Below are positions 27,240 to 37,233 of a DNA stretch of 64,000 bases, one piece after another; the first letter of the stretch is position 1; every line of letters starts with the position of its first letter. The notes under the pieces were generated by a model. The model searched no databases. It had not been told where the DNA came from and saw nothing but the letters and a program-made list of their open reading frames with translations. Origin of the DNA: Thermoplasmata archaeon (GTDB taxonomy: Archaea; Thermoplasmatota; Thermoplasmata; Lutacidiplasmatales; UBA184); contig JAGWLG010000005.1 in assembly GCA_028864975.1 (NCBI GenBank), forward strand, positions 69,515-133,514. Reading direction: 5' to 3'. Position numbers and translations under genes: made by a program.

Positions 27240-28174
27240 GAGGGCCCTCCTGCCGCCACGCTCGCCTCGCCGTTCCTCCGGACGAGCTCCAAGAACAGGT
27301 CCTCCACCGACTGAAGGGACCGGCCCAAGTGCCGGACCTGGCTTTTGGTGGCCAGCGCCACTTCGAAGATCTCGCGCTCCCCTCCCGGGGGTCTCTGGAC
27401 ACGGATCTCGGGACCCGTCCGCTCCGCGTGGATACCCCGGGCTGCGAGGGCCGCGAGGAAGGGGGCGGGATCTCCCTTGACCCGGACGACGAGGCTCGAA
27501 CCGCCGAGGGAGAGGAGCTTCTGGAGCGGTCCGTGCGCGAGCACCTGCCCTCCGTCCAGGACGAGGAGGTTCTCGCAGATGCCCTCGACGTCGCTCAGGA
27601 TGTGGGTGGAGAGGACCAGGCTCTTCCCCGTCTTCTTGGTGAGCGCACGCAGGAGCCCGAGCATCTCGTCGCGGCCTTGGGGGTCGAGACCGGCCGTCGG
27701 CTCGTCGAGGAGGCACAGGGGCGGGTCGTGGACGATGGCCTGGGCGAGCTTGACCCGCTGCCGCATCCCCATCGAATACTCGGAGATACGGCGGTAGCGC
27801 TCCTCGCGGAACCCCACGAACTGGAGCACGTCGTGCGCGCGAGAGAGCGCGGTGGACGCGGAGAGCCCGCTGAGCCGGCCCATGTAGGCCACGAAGCCTA
27901 CCCCGGTCATCTCCGGTATCAGGCACTCATGCTCCGGCATGTACCCAACCCGCGCTCGTACCTCCAGCGCGTTCGCCGCGCTGTCCCGCCCCAGCACCCG
28001 GACGGACCCCGCGTTCGGACGCACGAGGCCCAGAAGCAAGCGAAGGAGCGTCGTCTTGCCCGCCCCGTTCGGGCCGACCAGGCCGAGGGAGCCCTCCGGC
28101 ACGTTGAGCTCGACGGGTCCGAGCGCGGCCACCTGCCCGTAGCTCTTGGAAAGCCCTCGCGCCTCGATCAGCAT
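27236..28174 (-). CDS. ABC transporter ATP-binding protein
   Basis: MLIEARGLSKSYG, GPNGAGKTT, YSMGMRQR, LLDEPTAGLDP, LSTHIL. Confidence 0.92.
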   Translation of the reverse strand: MLIEARGLSKSYGQVAALGPVELNVPEGSLGLVGPNGAGKTTLLRLLLGLVRPNAGSVRVLGRDSAANALEVRARVGYMPEHECLIPEMTGVGFVAYMGRLSGLSASTALSRAHDVLQFVGFREERYRRISEYSMGMRQRVKLAQAIVHDPPLCLLDEPTAGLDPQGRDEMLGLLRALTKKTGKSLVLSTHILSDVEGICENLLVLDGGQVLAHGPLQKLLSLGGSSLVVRVKGDPAPFLAALAARGIHAERTGPEIRVQRPPGGEREIFEVALATKSQVRHLGRSLQSVEDLFLELVRRNGEASVAAGGPS

Positions 28175-28268
28175 GGGGAGCGTCCCCGGTTCCCCACTTC
28201 CGAGCTCGGCATCAATCTGTGGGTACCGCTGAGAGGAGATCCTTCCCCGTCCCCGGCGACACAACGAC

Positions 28269-29282
28269 CTACGGGGTCAGCACGATCTTCCCGAAGTGAG
28301 GCCGGTCAAGTTGTCCATGGGCTTCCATCGCCTCCGTCAGGGGCCGTGTCTCCGCGACGGTGGGGGCGATCCGACCGCGGGCCAGTTCCTCGACGAGTCC
28401 TTCGAACTCCCCCAGGTCGCCCAAGAACCCGCCCAGCAGCGAGAGCTGCCGCGTGTAGACGGGACGCAGTTCGGCCTCGACCTCCGCCCCGCTGGTCACC
28501 CCCACGAGGGCGTACCTTCCGCCGCGAGCGAGCGCTTTGACCCCGGAGGACCAGACCGCCTTCCCGACAGGATCGACAACGACGTCCGCGCCGTGGCCGC
28601 GAGTCAAGGCATGGACACGGTCAGGAAGGTCGCTCGACCCCCGCATCAGCACCTCCTCCGCGCCGAGGACGCGCAGGGTGGGAACATGCTGCGGAGATCC
28701 CGTGACCGCGATCACCCGCGCGCCACGGCGGCTCGCGCGCGAGATCGCTGCGCAGCCCACGCCGCCCGAGGCGCCGAAGATGAGCACCGTCTCGCCGGCA
28801 CGAAGTGCGGCCCGGTTGAGCGCGTGCTCCGCCGTGAGGAACGTGAGGGGGAAAGCTGCGCCCTCGGCCCAGGGGAGGCTCCCGGGGAGCGGAAAGATGT
28901 TCGTCTCCGGAACGGCCACCATCTCGGCGTATCCGCCGTGCCGTTCCCGGCCGAGGATCCCCAGTGTGGGACACAGACTTTCATGCCCCATCCGGCACGC
29001 GGGACAGCGGCCACAGAAGATGCCCGGGTAGACCACGACGCGTGCGCCGGCCCTCCAGCGTCCTGACGGCGAATCCTGCTCCAGCTCCCCCACCACATCT
29101 GCCCCAAGGATGTGGGGGAGCGCGACGCGGTAGGTCCCTTGACGGATCCAGAGGTCCAATCGGTTCACGGAAGTCGCCCGGACCCGTACCAGCGCCTCCC
29201 CAGGTCCGGGTCTAGGGTCCGCGACCGTGCCGATCCGGATCGCGTCCGGCTTGCCGGGTTTCCAGAGGACCGCAGCGCGCAC
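28269..29282 (-). CDS. Medium-chain dehydrogenase/reductase (Zn-ADH-like / quinone oxidoreductase)
   Basis: GTG start MRAAVLWKPG; SVNRLD, HILGAD, structural-zinc CGRCPACRMGHESLC, GASGGVG, FGKIVL. Confidence 0.88.
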   Translation of the reverse strand: MRAAVLWKPGKPDAIRIGTVADPRPGPGEALVRVRATSVNRLDLWIRQGTYRVALPHILGADVVGELEQDSPSGRWRAGARVVVYPGIFCGRCPACRMGHESLCPTLGILGRERHGGYAEMVAVPETNIFPLPGSLPWAEGAAFPLTFLTAEHALNRAALRAGETVLIFGASGGVGCAAISRASRRGARVIAVTGSPQHVPTLRVLGAEEVLMRGSSDLPDRVHALTRGHGADVVVDPVGKAVWSSGVKALARGGRYALVGVTSGAEVEAELRPVYTRQLSLLGGFLGDLGEFEGLVEELARGRIAPTVAETRPLTEAMEAHGQLDRPHFGKIVLTP

Positions 29283-29350
29283 GGCCCCGCGATCCCCTCG
29301 AGAGGATAAGACCGAACGGCAGGGCACCCGCCGTTCTCGCGGGGCGATGA

Positions 29351-31393
29351 TCACTCGAGGTGGCCGATGGAGCCCGGCTCCTGAGGGGGCGTGGCCCCAC
29401 GCCGGGCGCCCTGGGAGACGTTCCGCATCGCGACCATCCTGCGTTGCCGCACGCGGGTCCCGACGCCGAGCGCGGTCATCGCTCCGATCCACCCAGCGGT
29501 GATCATCCCCGTCGCGAGAGGTTGGGCCACCACGTTGATCGATAGCGTCGGCGTGGGCAGCGCGGTCGTGATGGGGTTCACCACGGGCGAGAGGAGCGGG
29601 CTCGTGAGCGGCGTCCCGAGCGGGACGTTCACCGGTTGCAGGACCGGCATGCCGGGAGGCGGCGGGGGAGGCGGGGGTGGGGGAGGCGGGGGTGGGGGAG
29701 GATACCACACGAATGGAGGCTCGACGACGAGCGGGGCGGGTGGGAAGGAGGAACTTCCCACGTTCCCGAAGAAATCCACGTATCCCAGGATGCTCGACTG
29801 GCCGCTCGGGTTCACGCCGTTGCAGGTCGTGGCGTAGTTCGTCCCGGTCCACGTACAAGCCTCGACCGGCCGATGGACGTTGAACGGGCCCCCAAAGGCC
29901 TGGACCCCGAAAGTGACCGACCAGTGGTCGCCCAGGGCGAAGTCGCTGCCCGGCCAGGTGAACCCGATGCCGCCGTTCGCGAGGGCGACCGGGGTGCTGG
30001 AGCAGCCTGGGAGGGGGTTCCCTCCCCCATCGAGGCACGTGGCGTAGGCGTTGAGCGGGCTCGCCCACTGGATGTTGGTGTCCGGCCAGAACTGGAAGAG
30101 CGGGGCCCCCGCGCTCGTAGCGTACATCGGACCCCCGGTGCCGTTGGCATAGAAGGTCGTCATCGTGGTGGTCGGCGCCCCACAGCCCGCATGGGCGGTC
30201 ACGGCGCAGACCCGCACGGGGTTGGTGGTCGCCCCGAGCTGGACCGTGACGGGGAGGGGAGCGACCTTGAACTGGACATCCACGCCGAAGCCGTCGCCCA
30301 CGTTCACGCTCGCAGGGAAGGTGGCCGAGCTCCCGTTGATGGTCGCGCTGACGATGTAGAACCCGGGGGGCGGGGTCACGGAGATGATGTAATTGTTCGA
30401 GACATCTCCGAGAGGGAACTGGTCCTGCGGGATGTCGAACCCCCAGCTCCCATCGTTCGCGGAGGTCATCGTGTAGATGGTCGCCCCGTTCCAGGGAGCA
30501 TAGGTCGCGTTGATCGTGACGGTGAGGCCCGCCATCGGCAGCCCGTTCGTCCCGATGACGTCGCCGTAGATCGCCGCCTGGGGGAAGAGCTCCGCCGTGC
30601 TCCCCGGGGAGACCCCTCCCGGGGAGAGGAAGGAAGCGCCGTTCGTGTAGAACCAGTAGGAGAGCGCCGCGGGCCCGCCGTTGCTCTCCGCGTAGGCCAT
30701 GTGGAAGAAACTGAAGCCATGGAACGTGGTGCTGGAGCCCGACCAGCTCGACCAGGAGGAAGGGCCCGCGAAACAGCCGAAGACGAGCCCGCTGAACGGT
30801 CCGCTCGAGGGGTCGATGGTGGGGTTGTTGTTGAGGTAGAGGGACGAACAGTCGTCCCCCGCGCTCTGGAAGGTGTAGGTCCCGGCGTAGACGTTCCCGC
30901 TTCCCTGCTGGGTCGCGAAATAGATCGGGAAGCTCTGCATCCCGATGTAGCAGAGGTTGCCGTTGCCCTGGACCCCGGGTCGGGAATTGATGTACCCGGG
31001 ACAGTTCTCACCGTAGAAGGAATTGTAGTTGCCGTTCGCCCCGCTGAAGCTGCAAGAGTTGTACGGCCAGTAGCCATTGAACTCGATGCATTCCCCACCG
31101 TCGCGGTACGGGAGACCGAACCCCTGCCCGCCGCCCCAGGGGTACCAGTTGTACCAGGTGATGGGGGCTTCATCGTCGCAGGGGTACTGGCTGCAGCTGC
31201 TCGGTCGCCCTGGTATGGCGGGAGGGGCCGCAGGGGGATGGTGAGGGATGGCCGCCGTCGCTGAGGCGCCATGAACAGGGAGGGCCGACAGGGCGAGCGC
31301 CCCCAGGACCAGGAGCCCCATACCTGCCACGACCCCGCCTCTCCAATGTCCACCCGCGGGCCGAGCGGGTGCTCGGGACGTTATGCGGGCCAA
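29351..31393 (-). CDS. Secreted or anchored protein with PA14-like domain, prealbumin-fold-like domain and poly-Pro linker (start 31393 TTG or 31321 ATG)
   Basis: Signal peptide MGLLVLGALALSAL; YTFQSAGDDCSSLYLN and HMAYAESNGGPAALSYW resemble PA14; IYGDVIGTNGLPMAGLTVTI; 16 consecutive Pro; C-terminal hydrophobic segment. Confidence 0.75.
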   Translation of the reverse strand: MARITSRAPARPAGGHWRGGVVAGMGLLVLGALALSALPVHGASATAAIPHHPPAAPPAIPGRPSSCSQYPCDDEAPITWYNWYPWGGGQGFGLPYRDGGECIEFNGYWPYNSCSFSGANGNYNSFYGENCPGYINSRPGVQGNGNLCYIGMQSFPIYFATQQGSGNVYAGTYTFQSAGDDCSSLYLNNNPTIDPSSGPFSGLVFGCFAGPSSWSSWSGSSTTFHGFSFFHMAYAESNGGPAALSYWFYTNGASFLSPGGVSPGSTAELFPQAAIYGDVIGTNGLPMAGLTVTINATYAPWNGATIYTMTSANDGSWGFDIPQDQFPLGDVSNNYIISVTPPPGFYIVSATINGSSATFPASVNVGDGFGVDVQFKVAPLPVTVQLGATTNPVRVCAVTAHAGCGAPTTTMTTFYANGTGGPMYATSAGAPLFQFWPDTNIQWASPLNAYATCLDGGGNPLPGCSSTPVALANGGIGFTWPGSDFALGDHWSVTFGVQAFGGPFNVHRPVEACTWTGTNYATTCNGVNPSGQSSILGYVDFFGNVGSSSFPPAPLVVEPPFVWYPPPPPPPPPPPPPPPPGMPVLQPVNVPLGTPLTSPLLSPVVNPITTALPTPTLSINVVAQPLATGMITAGWIGAMTALGVGTRVRQRRMVAMRNVSQGARRGATPPQEPGSIGHLE

Positions 31394-31567
31394 GACGGAG
31401 CTTCGGGGACGGAGATCGACCCCTGCCTCCGTGCGTATATGGCCCGAGGGGCCAGATAAATGCACCCCTGAGGGTCACGTCGAGGCCAGAACGTCCCTGG
31501 AGCCTCGTGTGTCAGCTTTGAGAGGGGGCCGCGGGAAAAAGGTCCCGCCCGTACGGGGTCGAAAGGC

Positions 31568-32386
31568 TCAGGTCCCGGTCGTCGAGAGGAAGGCCAGCAG
31601 CAGGTGCGCCGCGAGGCGGGCCGTGATCCCTGAGGGATCGACCGTGGGATTGACCTCGCAGAGGTCGAAGCCTCGAACGCGGGTCGAAGCGCAGATCCGA
31701 TGGAGCAGCTCCCGAACCTGCAAGGGGGAGAGCCCGTCGGGGGCGGGGGACGAGGCCCCCGGCGCCGCCGCCTGGTCGATGACATCGACGTCGAGCGTGA
31801 GGTAGACATCCTTCCCCCTGAGCTGCGGGACCCCGAGCTCCTTGAGCGACCGCTCGGGCCCCAGCCGTCGGACAGTCTCGGCACTTACCCACCGAACTCC
31901 CCGCTCGCGGGCGCGGTCGAAGAGCTCGGGTCCGTTCGAGAATCGACCCACCCCGAGGACCCGGTAGGGACAGTCGAAGGTCTCCATCATCCGTAGCGCC
32001 CAGTTCCCGTTGCTGGGTCCGCCCTCGGGCCCGCGCAGGTCGAGGTGGGCGTCGAGACTGACCACCTCGAGGTCAGGGTAGCGACGGTGAAGGGCACCGA
32101 CACCCGCGTAAGCGACCGCATGGTCCCCTCCTAGCAGGACCAGGGGCGCTTCTGGGTCGAGCTTGGCCCCTTGTTCGGCCGTTCGCCCGACCGCCCGGAG
32201 CAGGTCGGCGTGCTCCTCGGACAGGGCGAGGTCCTTGCCCGTGAGCCAGGAGATGGGTCGGAGCCCCTCCGCATCGAAGGGGTGCAGCCGAGCGAGCTCC
32301 CTCCGGAGGGCTTCGGGGGCCAGCCGCGCGCCCTTGCGCCCCAGGGTCGTAGCGTCCCAGGGCACCCCCACCAGCCGGACCGGCAT
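31568..32386 (-). CDS. Ureohydrolase (arginase family): agmatinase or formimidoylglutamase
   Basis: LGRKGARLAP, LLGGDHAVAY, SLDAHLDLR, TLDVDVIDQAAAPG, FDLCEVNP. Confidence 0.88.
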   Translation of the reverse strand: MPVRLVGVPWDATTLGRKGARLAPEALRRELARLHPFDAEGLRPISWLTGKDLALSEEHADLLRAVGRTAEQGAKLDPEAPLVLLGGDHAVAYAGVGALHRRYPDLEVVSLDAHLDLRGPEGGPSNGNWALRMMETFDCPYRVLGVGRFSNGPELFDRARERGVRWVSAETVRRLGPERSLKELGVPQLRGKDVYLTLDVDVIDQAAAPGASSPAPDGLSPLQVRELLHRICASTRVRGFDLCEVNPTVDPSGITARLAAHLLLAFLSTTGT

Positions 32387-32462
32387 GTCCCGAGCACCGC
32401 TGGACGGCCTTCAAACCGCCGGATTTCGCCGTGAGGCGGGCGCGGATGCGGCGTTCCGGGGG

Positions 32463-32469
32463 TTTTTAT
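32463..32469 (+). promoter_or_regulatory. TATA-like box of the gene starting at 32494
   Basis: TTTTTAT about 25 nt before ATG 32494. Confidence 0.5.
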
Positions 32470-32493
32470 GAGAGGGGATACGCTGCCCTGCGC

Positions 32494-35400
32494 ATGCGTT
32501 ACGCCGCCGCCGCCGTCCTGGCCCTGCTCGCCGCACTGATGATCGTACCCGCCGGAGCGTCTACGGGACATGCCACGGGCCTCCCTGGGGCTCCGGAGTC
32601 CCATCCTCTGAACTTGCCCTCGAACCTGTTCTCGTCGTTCAAGGAGTCCTGCGACCGGAGTTCCGGCTCCACCCACCCCTCGGCCGGGTTCCCGATCAGC
32701 ATCCCCGCGGCCGGGACCGGGGCCGCCGGGCAGTACAACGACACCAAGTTGGTCAACAACACGGCCGTGAACGCCACCATCACGGCCCCGAGCAACCCGT
32801 CCCTCTCGACCAACCAGTACGTGGTCCTCGGCGTCGGCGACCCTGTCAACGCCACGAAGTTCACGGCCGTCGCCGTCGCCGAGACGTTCTATGTGTTGGC
32901 CACCGTGGCGGCGCCGGCCGCCTACCTTCCGAACGGTACGCTGATCTACAACGCGGCGAACCTCGTGAGCTTGGGCTCGACGCATACCTACGAGATCAAC
33001 CACGTGAGCGGGTACTGGTGGAAGTACACCTACGACGGGAACGCGATCACGGGAAGCAGTGCCTGGGAGAACGGCACGTACAACATCGGGGTCTCGGTCG
33101 CGGCCGGGGTGATGTGTGAGGCCGGCTACACCCTGGGCCCCTCCTTCGTGGCCCTCGCCTACGGCGCGAGCGGGGCCGCCACCCCGACCATCCCCACGAC
33201 GACCGTGCCTTGGGCCGTAGGTGTGGAGCCCGTCGGCCACTCCTCCCCGGATTACGTGCCGGAGGGCGCGAATGCGGTCCCCCAGATCAACGCCTCGCTC
33301 GGCACGGTGGGTATCCAGGGTCACAACCAGGTCGGATCGTTGCGGATCGACAGCGTGAAGGTGGGTTCTTCCGTGCCGTTCCCCGGTCCTCTGGTACCGC
33401 TGTGGGGTAACTACAAGGTGGTCATCCTCAACCAGAGCTCGATCTCGCCCGTGTCGGCGACGATCGCGTTCGGCAAGACGCAGGCGTTCAACGCCACGGC
33501 GTTCGACGAGAACGGCGCCTGGATCCCCAAAGCCCACTACCACTGGGCGATCAGCCCTGCCTCGCTAGGGACGCTCAACCGGACCACGGGTTCCACCGTT
33601 CTCTTCACGGCCGGGAGCTCGCAGGTCTCCGGAAGGATCTGGGCCAACGTCAGCTACAATTGCTCGACCATCCACGACGAGGCGAACATCACCGTCGCGC
33701 TCGTCGGCGCCCCGACGATCGAGAACTTCGACGCTTGGCATCCCAAGATCGTCCTCGGGGATACGACCCAGTTCTTCGTGAACGCCAGCTGGCCACTCCC
33801 CGCCACGCTCACCTATACCTACACAGGGCTGCCTGCGGGCTGCTTGACCCAGAACGTCACGGTCCTCAGCTGCACACCGACGCAGCTGGGGTTCTTCCCG
33901 GTGCGGGTGTACGTCAACGATACCAATACCCACTCGAGCTCAGCGGTGGTTACCCTTCCCGCGCTGAACGTCTATGCCGACCTCGTGGTCAGCGCCCTCT
34001 CCTTCACTCCGAGCACCCTGACGTGGGGAACCTGGACCTCCGTGGCGACCACGGTCGCTGGCGGCGTCCCGCCCCTCACCTACGACTACCAAGGCGCGCC
34101 CACGGGGTGCGACGGCGGGCAACCCGCGACGTTCAACTGCGACCCCAAGTCGAACGGAACCTACCAGGGCGTAGTCTTCGTCAACGACTCGGCGGGTCAC
34201 AGCGGGACCGCCACGGCCTCGATCACGGTCCATGTGCCCATCGCCATCACGGGGTTCAATTACAGCTCGAACCCTGTCTCCTTGGGCGCAACCACCACCA
34301 TCAACATCACGGCCAACGGCGGGACCCCGCCTTACGGGTACGCCTACCTCTCGCTCCCCCCCGGCTGCACCTCCTCCAACACGAGGTCGCTCTCGTGTAC
34401 CCCCTCTTCGACGGGAAGCTACACCCCCAAGGTCAACGTGACCGATAGCTCGGGGGCGTGGGCCGTCGCCGCGAGCCCGCTCACCGTCAGCGCCCCGGCC
34501 CCGCTCACGATCTCGAGCTTCCAAGCCAACCCGAACCCCGTGGTCGTGTCCCATTCCACGAACTTCACGGTCTCCGCATCCGGGGGGAGCGGGACGCTCC
34601 ACTACTCCTACGCGGGCTTGCCGTCCGGTTGCGTGTCGGCGAACCAAGCGGTCCTTCCGTGCGTTCCGACGCAGGTCGGGACCGCGAACGTGACGGTCAC
34701 AGTCAGCGACGCCGCGAGCCACTCGGCGACGAAGTGGCTGAACCTGGTGGTCAGCGCCTCGGGGGCACCCACGATCACGGCGTTCACGGCCACGCCGAAC
34801 GCGATCCAGCTGGGGAGCACGACCGCCATCGCGGTGACCGCCTCAGGCTCGGGCACGCTCGCCTATGGCTACACGGGCATGCCCGCGGGCTGCTCGTCGT
34901 CGCTCGCCTCGTTCAGCTGTACCCCGACGGTTACGGGCACGTTCACCCTCAGGGTGTACGTGAACAACAGCGTCTCCTTCGCCACTCAGACCACCTCGCT
35001 CCAGGTGACCCCTGTCTCGAGCGGTGGGCTCTCGATCACCTCCTTCAGCGCGCTGCCGTCTTCCGTCCCTGTCGGGTCCACGAGCGATCTGTCGGTGAGC
35101 GCCACCGGGGGAACGGGCGCCCTGAGCTACTCCTACACGGGACTCCCGTCCGGGTGCGCCTCCGCGAGCTCGGCGGCCCTCGCTTGCGCTCCGAACGTCG
35201 CCGGGACCTTCACGATCCGGGTGTTCGTCAACGACACCGCAGGTCACAGCGTGAACGCCGTGACCACGCTGACGGTGACCGCGCCGACCACACCCGCGGG
35301 GACCTCCACCGGACTTTGGCTGCCTCTGGTCGCTATCCTCGCGATCGCGGCGGTCGCCGTGCTCGCCGCGCTGCTCTACGTCCGCCGGCGAAAGAAGGCG

Positions 35401-35502
35401 ATCGCGAACCCGCCGCCCCCGATGTCCGCAGTCCCGCCCGAGCCCGCCCCTGCCGCCGTTACGCCGGGACCGACGGGCTGGGCTCCCCCCCCTCAGGGGT
35501 GA
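32494..35502 (+). CDS. Surface protein: unassigned N-domain plus six Cys-containing Ig/PKD-like repeats and a C-terminal TM
   Basis: MRYAAAAVLALLAALM signal peptide; six YxYxG(L/A/M)PxGC...CxP-type repeats of about 88 aa; TM LWLPLVAILAIAAVAVLAALLYV then RRRKK. Confidence 0.88.
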   Translation: MRYAAAAVLALLAALMIVPAGASTGHATGLPGAPESHPLNLPSNLFSSFKESCDRSSGSTHPSAGFPISIPAAGTGAAGQYNDTKLVNNTAVNATITAPSNPSLSTNQYVVLGVGDPVNATKFTAVAVAETFYVLATVAAPAAYLPNGTLIYNAANLVSLGSTHTYEINHVSGYWWKYTYDGNAITGSSAWENGTYNIGVSVAAGVMCEAGYTLGPSFVALAYGASGAATPTIPTTTVPWAVGVEPVGHSSPDYVPEGANAVPQINASLGTVGIQGHNQVGSLRIDSVKVGSSVPFPGPLVPLWGNYKVVILNQSSISPVSATIAFGKTQAFNATAFDENGAWIPKAHYHWAISPASLGTLNRTTGSTVLFTAGSSQVSGRIWANVSYNCSTIHDEANITVALVGAPTIENFDAWHPKIVLGDTTQFFVNASWPLPATLTYTYTGLPAGCLTQNVTVLSCTPTQLGFFPVRVYVNDTNTHSSSAVVTLPALNVYADLVVSALSFTPSTLTWGTWTSVATTVAGGVPPLTYDYQGAPTGCDGGQPATFNCDPKSNGTYQGVVFVNDSAGHSGTATASITVHVPIAITGFNYSSNPVSLGATTTINITANGGTPPYGYAYLSLPPGCTSSNTRSLSCTPSSTGSYTPKVNVTDSSGAWAVAASPLTVSAPAPLTISSFQANPNPVVVSHSTNFTVSASGGSGTLHYSYAGLPSGCVSANQAVLPCVPTQVGTANVTVTVSDAASHSATKWLNLVVSASGAPTITAFTATPNAIQLGSTTAIAVTASGSGTLAYGYTGMPAGCSSSLASFSCTPTVTGTFTLRVYVNNSVSFATQTTSLQVTPVSSGGLSITSFSALPSSVPVGSTSDLSVSATGGTGALSYSYTGLPSGCASASSAALACAPNVAGTFTIRVFVNDTAGHSVNAVTTLTVTAPTTPAGTSTGLWLPLVAILAIAAVAVLAALLYVRRRKKAIANPPPPMSAVPPEPAPAAVTPGPTGWAPPPQG

Positions 35503-37147
35503 GCGGGGGCGGTCGAGGGCGCGCCGGGCGGATCCGCCGCGCCCAGAGCACGACCAAGACGACGATCACGATGACCGCCAGGGTCGTCCCGAGCGTCGCC
35601 GGGTCGACCCGGTAGACGGTCGCCCCAGGGTCGGAGGGCTCGTAGTAGGCGGTAAGGGATCCATTTCCGGTGACGTCCAAGGTCATGGCGGGGCCGGTGC
35701 CGCTGGCCACGGTGACGCCACCGCCCGTGAACCATCCCGAGAAGGTGTAGCCCGAGCATGGGAGCGCGGCCGTGCCGTAGGCGCCGGGGAGGACGTTGGC
35801 CGAGCTCCCGCTCGAACGCACGCTCCCGTTGAACTCGACCGAGCAGGTCGACGGGCCCGTCACAATGGAGACGACGAACGGTGTTGCTCTCAGGTAGGGC
35901 GCCGGGCCGTAGGACCAGGTCGCGTTCGTGGAATGGTAGCTCGTGTAGGTTCCCACGATCCCGCCGAACAGCAGCAGTCCCGCAGTGGGAACGGTCGAGA
36001 TCAGGCTCGCTCCGATGATGGCCGCTGCCGGGGAAGGGGAGAGGAACAAGAGGGTCCAGGCGCCGTTCACGAAGATCCACGTGTCACCGAACAAGGCACC
36101 GGTCGTGGTGTTCCAGCCTCCGAAGAGGAGCACGTACCCGTCGACCGGGTCGTACGCCATGGAGGCGAGGATGCGTCCGTCAGGGATAGCGCCGTGGACG
36201 CTCGGCGTGAGGTTGGTCCAGATGCCGTGGGCATAGCTCCAGGTCTGGTCCTGGTCGGCGCCGAACTGGAGGCCCGGTGCGGGGCTTGCCCCACCGAAGA
36301 CCAGGACGTACCCGGTGGCGGCATCGTAGGCGACCCCAGGAGCGAGAAGCGGCGGGGGGCGGTTGACGATCGAGGCCGTTCGGTTGTTCCACTGCCCGTT
36401 GACAAATGTCCAGGTGTCGCTGTGCACATCCGTAGGGCTGGTCATCCCTCCGACCATCAGCAGGTACCCGTCGGCGGGATCCCACACCATCCCTCCGAGG
36501 CCCCGCGCCGAGGGGTAGACGCTCAGGTCGAGCTGGGTCCACGTCCCGTTCTGGAACGTCCAAGTGTCGTGGAAGTAGAGCGTGCTATCGAGCGTGAGGT
36601 AGGGGCCACCGCCGAACATCACCACGTAGTGATCGACGTAGTCGTAGGCCATGTACTGGCCCAGGCGCGGGGTGGGTCCTGCGATGTGCAGCTGCGTCCA
36701 GTTCCCGTTCTGGAAGACCCAGGTGTCGTTGTAGGTCGTGCCGCTCGCGGTCGTGAGGTTCTTGATCCCTCCGAAGAGGACGACGTACCCCGTGATGGGG
36801 TCGTAGGTCATGCCCGCTCCCCCTCGCCCGGGCGGCGGGCAGACGTCGATCGAACAGAGCCTCTGCCATCCTACGGCACTGCTCTGCACGCGTGGCGTGA
36901 ACGAGCTCTCAGCGCAGCCGAGGCTCAGCGCTCCGGTCGACGTGCACTGGAAGGGGTGCCCCTGGGCAGGGCCTTCTCCTCGGGACAAGCTGTCCTGGGC
37001 CGCGATCAACGTGTGGTCGGTACCGGTCGCGGTTGGAACCGGTCCCACGGCCATGGGCAATCCTGTGCTGAAGGGGATGACGCCTCCCAGGACGAGCAAC
37101 AGGGCGATCCCACATTCCCAGGGAAGGCTGGTCATCCGAGGGGGCAT
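35459..37147 (-). CDS. Kelch/galactose-oxidase-like beta-propeller surface protein with TM
   Basis: Repeated (M/Y)xYDP...VL(L/F)FGG...DTWxF.NGxW blades; C-terminal TM then RRIR. ATG 37147 preferred. Confidence 0.88.
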   Translation of the reverse strand: MPPRMTSLPWECGIALLLVLGGVIPFSTGLPMAVGPVPTATGTDHTLIAAQDSLSRGEGPAQGHPFQCTSTGALSLGCAESSFTPRVQSSAVGWQRLCSIDVCPPPGRGGAGMTYDPITGYVVLFGGIKNLTTASGTTYNDTWVFQNGNWTQLHIAGPTPRLGQYMAYDYVDHYVVMFGGGPYLTLDSTLYFHDTWTFQNGTWTQLDLSVYPSARGLGGMVWDPADGYLLMVGGMTSPTDVHSDTWTFVNGQWNNRTASIVNRPPPLLAPGVAYDAATGYVLVFGGASPAPGLQFGADQDQTWSYAHGIWTNLTPSVHGAIPDGRILASMAYDPVDGYVLLFGGWNTTTGALFGDTWIFVNGAWTLLFLSPSPAAAIIGASLISTVPTAGLLLFGGIVGTYTSYHSTNATWSYGPAPYLRATPFVVSIVTGPSTCSVEFNGSVRSSGSSANVLPGAYGTAALPCSGYTFSGWFTGGGVTVASGTGPAMTLDVTGNGSLTAYYEPSDPGATVYRVDPATLGTTLAVIVIVVLVVLWARRIRPARPRPPPLTPEGGEPSPSVPA

Positions 37148-37233
37148 CTGACCGGTACCCGACAAATAATGGTTGTGCGAGCTCGGTCGAGCTTGGCGGT
37201 CCTGCCCCGGTCGAGCGAACCTTCGATAGGATT

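Noticed and set aside
28269-29282. Loss of catalytic-zinc ligands in the MDR (NRLD, GAD instead of GHE)
   Set aside because: A common, known feature of quinone-reductase-like MDR subfamilies.
29654-29701. G-quadruplex element on the + strand
   Set aside because: Fully explained as the antisense of the poly-Pro codons.
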